Positions 30,206 through 39,309 of a stretch of 64,000 bases of DNA are shown in pieces. The stretch is from the NCBI GenBank assembly GCA_963713975.1, contig OY970218.1, forward strand, positions 3,008,001-3,072,000, in the 5' to 3' direction. Below the pieces are notes generated by a model, which searched no databases, was not told the origin of the DNA, and saw only the letters and a list, made by a program, of their open reading frames with translations. The position numbers and the translations under genes were made by a program. The stretch's first letter is position 1; the number at the start of each line of letters is the position of its first letter. This DNA is from an uncultured Chloroflexia bacterium. GTDB lineage: Bacteria; Chloroflexota; Limnocylindria; Limnocylindrales; CSP1-4.

Positions 30206-31522
30206 ATGAGCCCCCGAGAATTCATCGACCTCGCCCCGCCCGTCGAGAAGGCCTTCCTGCTGGCCGTCGACACCGGCGACGACCCGGGCTGGACGGCCGA
30301 GGACAGCCTCACGGAGCTCGCCGCGCTCGCCGCGACCGCGGGCGCTGACGTCGTGGGCGCCGAGTGGCAGAACCGCCGCCACGTTGATCCCAACTGGTAC
30401 GTGGGCAAGGGCAAGGCGGAGGACCTGCTCCAGGCGAGGTCGGAGACCGGCTTCGACATCCTCGTGGCGGACGATGAGCTCTCGCCCGTCCAGCAGAAGA
30501 ACCTGGAGTCCTTGCTCAACGCCAAGGTCATCGATCGCAGTCGGCTGATCCTCGACATCTTCGCCCTGCATGCCCAGACCCACGAGGGTCGGCTCCAGGT
30601 GGAGCTGGCCCAGCTCGAGTACCAGCTGCCGCGGCTCACGAGGCTCTGGACGCACCTCTCGCGCACGCAGGGCGGCATCGGCTCCAGGGGGCCCGGCGAG
30701 TCCCAGCTCGAGACGGACCGAAGGATCATCCGCGAGCGGATCAAGAAGATGAAGGTCAGAGTCGAGGACGTCCGCCAGCAGCGCGAGACCACCGCACGCG
30801 GCCGGGACCGGCGCCTGTACCCGACGGTCGCGATCGTCGGCTACACGAACGCGGGCAAGTCCACGCTCCTCAACGCCCTCGTTGGGTCGGTCGTGGCGAA
30901 GGCGGAGGACAAGCTGTTCGCGACCCTCGATCCCACGTCACGCCAGGTCAAGCTGGGCGACGGCCAGACTGCCATCGTCACCGACACCGTCGGGTTCATC
31001 CACAAGCTCCCGCACCAGCTGGTGGACGCGTTCAGGGCAACCCTCGAGGAGGTCACGCGCTCGGACGTCCTGGTCGAGGTGGTCGACGCCGCGGACGCAC
31101 ATTCGACCGAGCACCGGGCCACCGTGCAGACCGTCCTTGACGAGCTGGGGGCCGGCGACAAGCCACGCCTGACGACCTTCAACAAGGCAGACCTGCTGTT
31201 CCCTGGCGCCGACGGTGACCGGCCCGCGCCCGCAGTCGCCGGTTCCGTGCTGGTCTCGGCGGTCACCGGCTTCGGCCTGGACACGCTGCGCGCCGAGATC
31301 GCCGCGCTGCTCGCGTCGCTCTGGGAAGAGGTGGACGTCGCCGTGCCATACACCGCCGGAGAGCTGCTCGCGAGGGTGCGCGAGCGAGGAACCGTCGACC
31401 TCGAGTACGGAGACCGGTCTGTGAGCGTGCGTGGCCGCATGGCGCCCGCGATGGCGGGCGAGCTCCGTTCCGCAGCGGAACGCTGGGAGGCGACGCTCGC
31501 GGACGAGGGCGTGGCGCCCTGA
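30206..31522 (+). CDS. hflX: GTPase HflX
   Basis: GPGESQLETDRR, GYTNAGKS, LFATLD, DTVGF, NKAD motifs. Confidence 0.96.
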   Translation: MSPREFIDLAPPVEKAFLLAVDTGDDPGWTAEDSLTELAALAATAGADVVGAEWQNRRHVDPNWYVGKGKAEDLLQARSETGFDILVADDELSPVQQKNLESLLNAKVIDRSRLILDIFALHAQTHEGRLQVELAQLEYQLPRLTRLWTHLSRTQGGIGSRGPGESQLETDRRIIRERIKKMKVRVEDVRQQRETTARGRDRRLYPTVAIVGYTNAGKSTLLNALVGSVVAKAEDKLFATLDPTSRQVKLGDGQTAIVTDTVGFIHKLPHQLVDAFRATLEEVTRSDVLVEVVDAADAHSTEHRATVQTVLDELGAGDKPRLTTFNKADLLFPGADGDRPAPAVAGSVLVSAVTGFGLDTLRAEIAALLASLWEEVDVAVPYTAGELLARVRERGTVDLEYGDRSVSVRGRMAPAMAGELRSAAERWEATLADEGVAP

Positions 31523-31542
31523 GCGCGCCGGGCACACCGCTC

Positions 31543-32118
31543 GTGCGCCGCGCCGGCACGGGACGGCTCCCGGGCGGGCGGCACCTCACGTGGACCGTCG
31601 CCGACGGGCGGCGTGGCCGGCGCTGGCGCTCGATCACCACCGGGTCCGACGGGCAGCTGGACGCCGCGCTGCTCCTCGAGGTTGGGGCCGACGGCACGAT
31701 CTGCAAGCTCGAGCTGGCTGGACCGGCAGGGCTGCTCACCCTCCATCCGGGGAGCGGCCAGGCGGTGTTGCACGGGAACGTCGTCCGGCCGTCCGGGATC
31801 GAGCACATCACGCTGCCGTGGTCGCCACGTGATGCGCTCCTCGTCGGCGCGTCGCCTATCACCGCGGCGGTCGCAGCAGGCGTGCTCGAGCACCGGGTCG
31901 GGGTAGGGGAGGGGGCCTCGTTTGCCGCCGTCGAGGTCTCCGAGGACCTGGTGATCCGGCGGGCGACCTGGCGTGCGGCGAGGGTGGGGGAGCGACGGTG
32001 GCAGCTCCTGGCGGCGGATCGCGGCCCGTCGGCCACATTGACCCTCGACGGCGACGGCATCCCGGATGGCCTCGACGCCGCTGCCGGCTGGCCGCTCGAG
32101 GTCACCGGCCCCACCTGA
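31543..32118 (+). CDS. Hypothetical protein
   Basis: 191-aa ORF with coding-like composition directly after hflX; no family recognised. Confidence 0.65.
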   Translation: MRRAGTGRLPGGRHLTWTVADGRRGRRWRSITTGSDGQLDAALLLEVGADGTICKLELAGPAGLLTLHPGSGQAVLHGNVVRPSGIEHITLPWSPRDALLVGASPITAAVAAGVLEHRVGVGEGASFAAVEVSEDLVIRRATWRAARVGERRWQLLAADRGPSATLTLDGDGIPDGLDAAAGWPLEVTGPT

Positions 32119-32416
32119 CGTGCGTGGACGGGATGTGGACAATCCTCCCCGCTGGGGCGCGCCCGTCGCGAATCTCGTGGATAACCCCATTGCGACGGTC
32201 GCGCTGCGCACCGTATGGTTCGTCTTGCCCGAAGGGGCGGACGAACCGGCGACGGACCCGCAAGTGCTTGCACAGGCGGGGACGAACGGGACCGCAGGTG
32301 CTTGCACCAGCGGAACCGGCGCAGGGGAGAAAGTTCCTTCGGGCGTTTCGCTGTCCCCTGCATGACTGCGCCGGACGGCCCTGTGACCACATCGCCAGGA
32401 CGGCTAGCCTCGGCTG

Positions 32417-33250
32417 GTGGACGCTCACGGAGCTCATGCCCGGCCGCGACTGGCGCCGATCGACACGCTGGCCGCCGGTATCGGGCCGGCACTGCTCCTC
32501 GCAGGGGCCCTGGTGCCCGGGCTGCGCCCCGCGATTGCCATCGTCATCGTGTGTGGATGGGGCTTGCTGCTGGCCACACGGCGGCCCTCGGCCGTTGCAT
32601 GGGCGGCGGTCCTGCCCCTCGCCGTCGTCCTGACCTGGCCGTGGCTGGTCGGGGCGGACGCGCCGATCGGCGACCCGGCGTGCCGTGACCCGCTCTCGAT
32701 CATCGCCGTGCGCCGCTTGGCGGTTGCGGGGGTCGGGCTCGCGATCGTCGGTGCCCTGGCCGTCGTACATCGGTCGAGCATCCGTGAGCTGGGCCTGGTT
32801 CGGCCTCGCCGAGCCGAGATGCTCGTCTCGGTCGGCGGGTGCGCAACCCTCGTCGTGGTCGGGCTCGTCATCGGCCCGGCCATCGCCCGTCCGTTCTTCG
32901 GCGAGCTGGATTTCCCGGTTCCCGTGGCTGCGCTGCTCCCGGCGGTCCTGTTCGGCATCGCCAACGGCGTCGTCGAGGAGGTGCTCTACCGGGGGGCCAT
33001 GCAGGCCTGGCTGGCCCGACTGGCGCCGGCGAGCCTGGCCATCGCCTACCAGGGCCTCGCATTCGGAGTCGTGCACGCCGGACCAGAGGTGCTCGCCCTG
33101 CTGCCGCTCCACATCGTGCTGCTGACGCTGGTGGGGATCGCCGGTGGCGTCGTCCGGTGGCGACTGGGGTCGCTGTGGATCCCGATCGGCATCCATATCG
33201 GCGCGGACATCGTCCTCTACGTGGGCCTGGCCTGCCGAGCCGCCGTCTGA
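32417..33250 (+). CDS. CPBP (CAAX/Abi) family intramembrane metalloprotease
   Basis: EEVLYRG, FGVVH, IHIGAD motifs; multiple TM helices. Confidence 0.85.
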   Translation: MDAHGAHARPRLAPIDTLAAGIGPALLLAGALVPGLRPAIAIVIVCGWGLLLATRRPSAVAWAAVLPLAVVLTWPWLVGADAPIGDPACRDPLSIIAVRRLAVAGVGLAIVGALAVVHRSSIRELGLVRPRRAEMLVSVGGCATLVVVGLVIGPAIARPFFGELDFPVPVAALLPAVLFGIANGVVEEVLYRGAMQAWLARLAPASLAIAYQGLAFGVVHAGPEVLALLPLHIVLLTLVGIAGGVVRWRLGSLWIPIGIHIGADIVLYVGLACRAAV

Positions 33251-33280
33251 CCCGGCGCACCCGACGATGGGCCGCCGGTG

Positions 33281-33325
33281 TTGACACGCGCCCGGCGAAG
33301 GAGTATTACTTCAGCAAGTAATACT
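33281..33325 (+). promoter_or_regulatory. TA operon promoter and autoregulatory operator
   Basis: TTGACA at 33281-33286; perfect 10-bp inverted repeat AGTATTACTT-cagc-AAGTAATACT at 33302-33325 covering the -10 region. Confidence 0.8.
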
Positions 33326-33336
33326 GAGGAACAGTG

Positions 33337-33576
33337 ATGCGAATCACGTCGAAGGGGCAGGTGACCATCCCGCAGGCCATCCGAGAGCGGGCCGGGTTTC
33401 TGCCCAATACGGAGGTGGATTTCGTCTTCGACGGCGACCTGGTCTACCTCGTGAAGTCGGCGGCCGCACGGCGACCCACACGGGGCGAGATGCTGGTTGG
33501 ACACCTGCAACGTCATGGTGGCCGGATCACCATGACCACGGACGAGATCATGGCGCTGACCAGGGGCGAGGAGTGA
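33337..33576 (+). CDS. AbrB/MazE/SpoVT family antitoxin
   Basis: MRITSKGQVTIP...IRE motif; stop overlaps the toxin start. Confidence 0.92.
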   Translation: MRITSKGQVTIPQAIRERAGFLPNTEVDFVFDGDLVYLVKSAAARRPTRGEMLVGHLQRHGGRITMTTDEIMALTRGEE

Positions 33577-33980
33577 CGCCCATCCTCGTGGACAGCAATG
33601 TGCTGATCGACGTTCTCTCCGAGCCCGGGCCGTGGTCATCGTGGTCCGCCAACGCCCTGCGCCGTGCGGCCGACGAGGCCGCGGTGGTGATCAACGCCAT
33701 CATCTTCGGCGAGGTGTCGATCGGATTCCCGACCGTCGAGACCCTAGACGAGGCGCTCCCTGCCGCATGGCTCCGCAGGGAAGATGTGCCGTACGCCGCC
33801 GCGTTCCTCGCGGGCCGATGTTTCATCGACTACCGGAGATGCGGCGGGTCGCGCCTGTCGCCCTTGCCGGACTTCTACATTGGCGCACACGCCGCGGTCG
33901 CCGGCTACCGGCTGCTCACGCGTGACGCCACCCGGTATCGGACGTACTTCCCCACCCTCGAGCTGATCGCGCCGGAGTAG
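33573..33980 (+). CDS. PIN domain (VapC-like) toxin
   Basis: LVDSNVLID, LPDFYIGAHA, LLTRD motifs. Confidence 0.92.
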   Translation: MTPILVDSNVLIDVLSEPGPWSSWSANALRRAADEAAVVINAIIFGEVSIGFPTVETLDEALPAAWLRREDVPYAAAFLAGRCFIDYRRCGGSRLSPLPDFYIGAHAAVAGYRLLTRDATRYRTYFPTLELIAPE

Positions 33981-33994
33981 GGGAGGACCCGCCG

Positions 33995-34909
33995 GTGCCC
34001 GAGTGGAGAGCCGAGCTCGACCTGGACGAGGGACAGGTGCGCTCGCTGGTCGGGGCACAGTTCCCGGGGCTCAACCTCGCCGGCCTGACCCGATTCGCCG
34101 AGGGCTGGGACAACGCGCTGTGGGTCACGGGAGAGGGCCTCCTGTTCCGGTTCCCGAGACGCGCCATTGCGCGCGCAGGCGTCGAACGGGAGGTCGCCCT
34201 GCTGCCGGCCCTTGCACCACGCCTGCCGCTGCCCACCCCGGTGCCGACGTGGGTCGGGGTGCCATCAGATGCCTTCCGGTGGCCGTTCTTCGGGGCTCGC
34301 CTCGTGCCGGGACGGGAGATCGCCGAGGTCGCGCTGGACGGACGTCGCGATGGTGCGGGAGCGGCTCTCGGCGAGTTCCTGCAAGTCCTGCACGAACCTG
34401 CCCTCGTCCGAGACCTCGGGGCCGGGCTCCCACGAGACCCGATGGGGCGGGCTGACATGGCCGTGCGCGTGCCGCGGACGCGCGACCGGTTGGCTGCCGT
34501 GGAGACTGCCGGCCTGTGGAGCGTCCCTGCAAAGGCTGACGCCGTCCTGCGGGCCGCCGAAGCCTTGCCCGCGACATCCGAGGTCGCCCTGGTCCACGGC
34601 GACCTCCACGTCCGGCACCTGCTCGTCGACGATGCCGGGCGGCCGTCCGGGGTCATCGACTGGGGCGACCTGTGCCTCGCCGATCCCGCTGTAGACCTGT
34701 CGCTCTACTGGAGCCTCCTGGACCCGGCTGCTCGATCGGCATTCGCAGTCGCCTACGGTATTGAGAAGCTCCTGCCTGAGCGACTGCTGCGGGCTCGCGT
34801 GCTCGCCCTGTTCCTCAATGCGGCGCTGCTTGCCTACGCGGCGGACGTCGGCAACATGGCGCTCGCGGGTGAAGCGTCTGCGGGTCTCGACCGCACCATT
34901 CAGGACTGA
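33995..34909 (+). CDS. APH family phosphotransferase
   Basis: EGWDN, FRFPR, HGDL, IDWGD, DPAVD motifs. Confidence 0.88.
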   Translation: MPEWRAELDLDEGQVRSLVGAQFPGLNLAGLTRFAEGWDNALWVTGEGLLFRFPRRAIARAGVEREVALLPALAPRLPLPTPVPTWVGVPSDAFRWPFFGARLVPGREIAEVALDGRRDGAGAALGEFLQVLHEPALVRDLGAGLPRDPMGRADMAVRVPRTRDRLAAVETAGLWSVPAKADAVLRAAEALPATSEVALVHGDLHVRHLLVDDAGRPSGVIDWGDLCLADPAVDLSLYWSLLDPAARSAFAVAYGIEKLLPERLLRARVLALFLNAALLAYAADVGNMALAGEASAGLDRTIQD

Positions 34910-34948
34910 CCCTTGCGGCCAGGCGACTGGACAAGGGCCCGATTCCTC

Positions 34949-34976
34949 ACTTCCGATAAGGTAAGTTATGTCTTCT
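34949..34976. other. dif-like XerC/XerD recombination site
   Basis: ACTTCCGATAA-GGTAAG-TTATGTCTTCT: 11-6-11 layout with ATAA/TTAT dyad, similar to B. subtilis dif ACTTCCTAGAA-TATATA-TTATGTAAACT; intergenic and AT-rich. Confidence 0.75.
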
Positions 34977-35060
34977 CTGTGAGCGTGGTGCTCGTGTAGG
35001 CGATCGCTGATTCCCCAACGGGCTATTGCCGGCGACCTGATGAACCACGAGGATCGAACG

Positions 35061-36029
35061 ATGCGACCGCACGTCGAGGATCCGCAACGCACCAGGACCG
35101 CGCCTGGTCGGCGCGCCATCGTGGTCCTGCTCGCGGCCGTGACCATCATTGGTTTCGTCGTATTGGTGCGGGTTCGTGGAGCGGCGGATGACACCACACC
35201 GGGCACTGCGACGATCGAGCTCGAAGTCGACGGGCTCCATCGTTCCTACCTGCTCGACGTTCCTGTCGGCGGTAGACCGGACGCACCCCAGCCGCTCCTG
35301 ATCCTGCTTCACGGCGGGGGTGGTTCGGCGGACAACCTCGACAAGCTGGCCGGCAACCTGCCGGCGATGGCGAACGAGGCCGGCTATGTCGTGACCCGGC
35401 CCGACGGCATCAACCACCAGTGGAACGACGGGCGCGAGGTCGATACTGACGCGGACGATGTCGCGTTCCTGGCGGCGTTGGTTGAGGACGTCGGAGCCCG
35501 TGTCTCGATCGATCGGGCGAGAGTCTATGCCTCGGGGATCAGCAACGGGGCGTTCATGTCGGCGCGGTTGGCCTGCGAGCCGGGGTTCGGGCTGGCGGCG
35601 ATCGCGCAGATCGTGGGCACGATCGGGGTCGCCGCGGACGCCGCCTGCGATCCTGATGGGCCGGTCTCGGTGCTTGCCATCCTGGGAGACGCCGACCCGC
35701 TCGTTCCCTATGGCGGCGGACCGGTCCGCCTGCCGTGGGACCGGTCTGAGGCAGGCCGCGGCATCATCCTAGGCGCCGACGCCTACCTCGACCGATGGAT
35801 CGTGCGCAACGGAGCGAGCCCGGCAGTGCCGGGTCCAGCTATCGCTCCCGACACGACCTCGGTCATCGCCACCGCTCCCGACGGGACAGAGGTCGAGGTC
35901 GTGGCGGTCGACGGAGGGGGGCACGGCTGGCCGGGCGGCCCGCAATACCTGCCGAAGCTGCTGATCGGCCGGGTGACCGACTCGTTCTCGGCCTCGGCGC
36001 TCATCCTGGACTTCTTCGACCGCCACTGA
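35061..36029 (+). CDS. Secreted alpha/beta hydrolase (LpqC/PHB depolymerase-like esterase)
   Basis: N-terminal TM, LHGGGG, WNDGR, DDVAF, GISNGAFM, GGGHGWPGG motifs. Confidence 0.85.
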   Translation: MRPHVEDPQRTRTAPGRRAIVVLLAAVTIIGFVVLVRVRGAADDTTPGTATIELEVDGLHRSYLLDVPVGGRPDAPQPLLILLHGGGGSADNLDKLAGNLPAMANEAGYVVTRPDGINHQWNDGREVDTDADDVAFLAALVEDVGARVSIDRARVYASGISNGAFMSARLACEPGFGLAAIAQIVGTIGVAADAACDPDGPVSVLAILGDADPLVPYGGGPVRLPWDRSEAGRGIILGADAYLDRWIVRNGASPAVPGPAIAPDTTSVIATAPDGTEVEVVAVDGGGHGWPGGPQYLPKLLIGRVTDSFSASALILDFFDRH

Positions 36030-36179
36030 GCGATCAGGCGCCTGCCCGACCTTGCGTCGCAACCCGATTGTGGGTGCGGCCTCGAGGTACTCCCCTACTC
36101 CCTGGACGAAGACACCGGGGCAGGAGTCGACGCGGTGGAGTTCCGGCCGTTCGTTACGCTTCTGGTGGGCAAGCAGTCG

Positions 36180-36902
36180 TCAGATGGTCGGTGGAACGGT
36201 CCTGCCCGGGAACAGCAGCCTGAACTGCTTCGCGTACTGGCGCTTGCCGACGAGGCGCCAGAGCACCTTCACCGAGAGGGGCATCCCCGCGTAGAACCGC
36301 TTGCGGTCCGCCGGCGTGGAGTTCGCAAGCAGCATCCCGAGCTGCGGCAGGAGTCGACTCTTCGGGATCACCCCGACACTGTGGTCGGCCATCGCCGTCC
36401 ACTCTTCCGTGGTGACGACCCGCTCCGCGACCGGGACGACCTCCACCACCTCACGGCGCAGGTGCAGCTTGAGCACCTCGAGCATCCGCTCGTACGCATC
36501 GGCCAGCTGCTCGCCGACCGCCGCGTCGGCCGTCGCGCGCCATCGGGCGAGGATCGGACTCGCCTCCTCGAGCAATGCCGCGACCTGCGAGTGTTGCGCG
36601 CGCATCTGGCCGACGTGCAGCGCGCAGGCGGGAGCGCGCTGCTCGAGCTTGTCCCACAGGAGCTCGTCCTCGCTCTCGTGGTGCGTGTGCAGCGTCGCGT
36701 CGAGATCGGCGAGCCATTGGCCAAGGAACTCGCTGCGGGCCACGTCACCGGCGGGGGCGCCGTGCACCATGCCGGGCGCCTCCTCGTATCCCCACAGGAA
36801 CGCGTTGTGCAGGATGCGCATGTCGTCGCCGCTGCACAGCTTCGGCCCGTCAGGAACGGGCGGAGCGGTCTCGCCGGGCAGAGAGACGTACTCCATGGTC
36901 AT
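36180..36902 (-). CDS. Hemerythrin domain protein
   Basis: H...HTHHESEDELLW...QH...HLRRE iron-ligand pattern. Confidence 0.8.
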   Translation of the reverse strand: MTMEYVSLPGETAPPVPDGPKLCSGDDMRILHNAFLWGYEEAPGMVHGAPAGDVARSEFLGQWLADLDATLHTHHESEDELLWDKLEQRAPACALHVGQMRAQHSQVAALLEEASPILARWRATADAAVGEQLADAYERMLEVLKLHLRREVVEVVPVAERVVTTEEWTAMADHSVGVIPKSRLLPQLGMLLANSTPADRKRFYAGMPLSVKVLWRLVGKRQYAKQFRLLFPGRTVPPTI

Positions 36903-36982
36903 GAGCGGACCTCCAGGAGGACGGATGACTGGGGCACAAGTCTAACCAGCGGCGTAGCACGCTGGCCGCACGATCGCCGCTG

Positions 36983-39148
36983 TCAGGACCCCTTGGTCCC
37001 CACGACCGTGACGCCGTCGACCGCCGGGTAATCCGAGAAGTACCGCTTCCGCCAGTGGAGCTTGCCGTGGTCGTAGATCGACACGGTGACCCACACCTTG
37101 GCGCCGTCCGCCGGGGCGTTGTTGTAGTAGCGGTACCCAACGGGCTTGGTCGGGTCCTTCACGACCACGTTGCTGGCGCGCGGGCCATGCTTGATGACCG
37201 TGTTGGTGACCTTGGCGGTCCGCCCGTTCGGCACGCTCCAGATCTTGAACGTGAGCCACCGCTTGCCGCCGGAATTGGTGACGGTCCGCGTGATCAGGAT
37301 CGGGAACTTGGTGTCGTTCCTGAAGCTCATCGTCTGCTTGGCCTTGCCGACGATCCACACGGTGGCGTCGAGGCCTGCCGGATACCGCGTGATGTACTCG
37401 TTGTGGTTCTTCTTGGCGAGCGGCACCATGCCTGCCCGGAAGGCCGCATTGAACAGCGTCGTGGACGTGGTGCAGATGCCGCCGGCGAGGGCTCCGGTGA
37501 CCGTGATCTTTCCGTTCACGATCGCGTTGCCGGGCCCCACGCCCGGGAGCTTGCTGACGTCGCCGACGACCTTCCAGAAGTCGAACTTGGTGCCCGCCGG
37601 CACGACAGTGCCGTTGATCTTCGTGGCCGGTGCCTCGATGTTCCCGCCCCAGTGGTTGTTGATGATGACCCAGTAGAAGACGCTGTACGAGCTGATCATC
37701 TTCATCTTGGGGGCGAAGGCCTTGGCGTCGGCCGCGGTCAGCTTCGGGTCGACGGCCTGGACGACGGCCTCGACGGGCTGGGGGGCAACGCCGGACTGGC
37801 GTGCCTGCACCTGCGCCAGGATCGCGGTCTTCGTCTCGGGGACCTTGAGCGTGCGGCCCTCGCGGCTCGTGCCGGTGGCGACCACGTGGCCGCCGACCAG
37901 CTTGAGGCCTGCGTTCCGCACGGTCTGCTTGACCTTCGGGGCCAGCGTGGTGAGGATGGGGTCGAGGCCCAACTCGTCAAGGACCGGGGTGATGCTCCCG
38001 TCGGCCGCGGTCGAGAACGAGATCAGCGGCGCCAGGTCCGTGCCGGCGATCGTCCAGGTGTCCTCGCCCCGGGCGACGACCACGTCGGCAGCCATTCGAT
38101 CCGCGGCCGCCTTCGCCGCCTCGGCCGAGGCGGTGGCGACGGCGGGCGCCAACGCCACGATCGGCACCTCCATCGTGATCGACTCCGGCGTGCCGAGGGC
38201 CGCGAGCCGCTGGTCGAGAGCCGCCACCAGGGCCGCCCCGTCCACGGCGCGACCGTCCTTCGCCGGGGAGACGAGGAACGCCCCGCGTTGGCCGGGAGAC
38301 ACGAATGCGTCCGCAGGGGCCTGGTCGATCGTCGACGCCAGGGCCTTGACGGCGGCCGCCAGCTTGTCGCGGTCGTAGGCAACGGCCGAGTCGAGGGTCA
38401 CGCCGTGGATCGCGGCCTGGGGAGCGCCGACGAGGTTCGCCAGAGGCTCGCCGTGGCGGCCTGCCGCGAGTGCTGCGTCGAGCAGCGCCGCGGTATCGGG
38501 GCCGCGGCCGACGTCGGCGTAGCTGATGGTCGTCACCTGGTCGTCCGGGCCGCTGAGCGTGATCTGACCGGTGGCGAGCGACCCATAGGCCTTCGCGATC
38601 TCGGCCTCCGCCTGCTCGCGGGTGAGCCCGCCGAGATGAGTGCTGCCGACGCGGACGCCGGGCAGGACCCGGCCATCGTACTGCTGGCCCCATGCGTACA
38701 GGACGCCGGCGCCGACGCCGACCGCGAGGAGGATGCCCAGGACAAACGAGACGCCGAAGCGGAGCGCGAGCGACCGTCTGCGCCGAGGCCGTGCCGAAGG
38801 TTCGGCGTCGATCACGGCGGCCGCGACGGGAAGGACCGGCACGGGTTCGATGGCGGACTCGGCGGTCGGCGACGTGTCAACCGGGGCGGTGTCCGCCGGG
38901 ACGGTGTCGGTCGGCTCACCCGGCTCAGGCGCATCGGCCGGGGCGGCGTCGGTCGGGACGGCGTCGTCGGTCGGGACGGCGCCTGCGGCCGGCGAACCGG
39001 CGGCGTCGGCGCTCGCAGCCACCAGGACCGGCTCTTCAAGGCCGTGCGCGGTCGAGTCCGCCGCGAGCTCGGGGTCACCGATCGGCGTCTCGCCTTCGGG
39101 CGTGGCGTTGGCAGCCTCGTCGGCTGCGGAGTTGGGCAAGTCGGTCAT
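36983..39148 (-). CDS. VanW family protein with YoaR-like peptidoglycan-binding regions
   Basis: Acidic/Pro-rich N-terminus, TM helix, GGICTTSTTLFNA, GLDATV, FRNDT VanW-like motifs. Confidence 0.85.
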   Translation of the reverse strand: MTDLPNSAADEAANATPEGETPIGDPELAADSTAHGLEEPVLVAASADAAGSPAAGAVPTDDAVPTDAAPADAPEPGEPTDTVPADTAPVDTSPTAESAIEPVPVLPVAAAVIDAEPSARPRRRRSLALRFGVSFVLGILLAVGVGAGVLYAWGQQYDGRVLPGVRVGSTHLGGLTREQAEAEIAKAYGSLATGQITLSGPDDQVTTISYADVGRGPDTAALLDAALAAGRHGEPLANLVGAPQAAIHGVTLDSAVAYDRDKLAAAVKALASTIDQAPADAFVSPGQRGAFLVSPAKDGRAVDGAALVAALDQRLAALGTPESITMEVPIVALAPAVATASAEAAKAAADRMAADVVVARGEDTWTIAGTDLAPLISFSTAADGSITPVLDELGLDPILTTLAPKVKQTVRNAGLKLVGGHVVATGTSREGRTLKVPETKTAILAQVQARQSGVAPQPVEAVVQAVDPKLTAADAKAFAPKMKMISSYSVFYWVIINNHWGGNIEAPATKINGTVVPAGTKFDFWKVVGDVSKLPGVGPGNAIVNGKITVTGALAGGICTTSTTLFNAAFRAGMVPLAKKNHNEYITRYPAGLDATVWIVGKAKQTMSFRNDTKFPILITRTVTNSGGKRWLTFKIWSVPNGRTAKVTNTVIKHGPRASNVVVKDPTKPVGYRYYNNAPADGAKVWVTVSIYDHGKLHWRKRYFSDYPAVDGVTVVGTKGS

Positions 39149-39309
39149 CAGATGCTCATGCGCGGTCGGAGGTCGCCGGGCTCGTTCCTGGCGGTCGCGA
39201 CATTCTCGCCTGTGCGCGCAAGTCTGTCATGCGACGGCCGGGTCGGCCCGCCGGGACGGGGACGCGAGGCCCCCTCTGACGTTCGCGGTGGCCTCTCGCC
39301 CGCCCTCAG

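Noticed and set aside
32066-32365. 99-aa ORF over the intergenic repeat region
   Set aside because: Overlaps the upstream gene, lacks an SD and mirrors the DNA repeat; likely spurious
33000-36200. Integrated mobile element at dif
   Set aside because: No integrase, rep, phage gene or second att/dif copy visible
36983-39148. VanW protein and APH kinase as antibiotic-resistance determinants
   Set aside because: Both families are widespread without a resistance function; no van cluster is present
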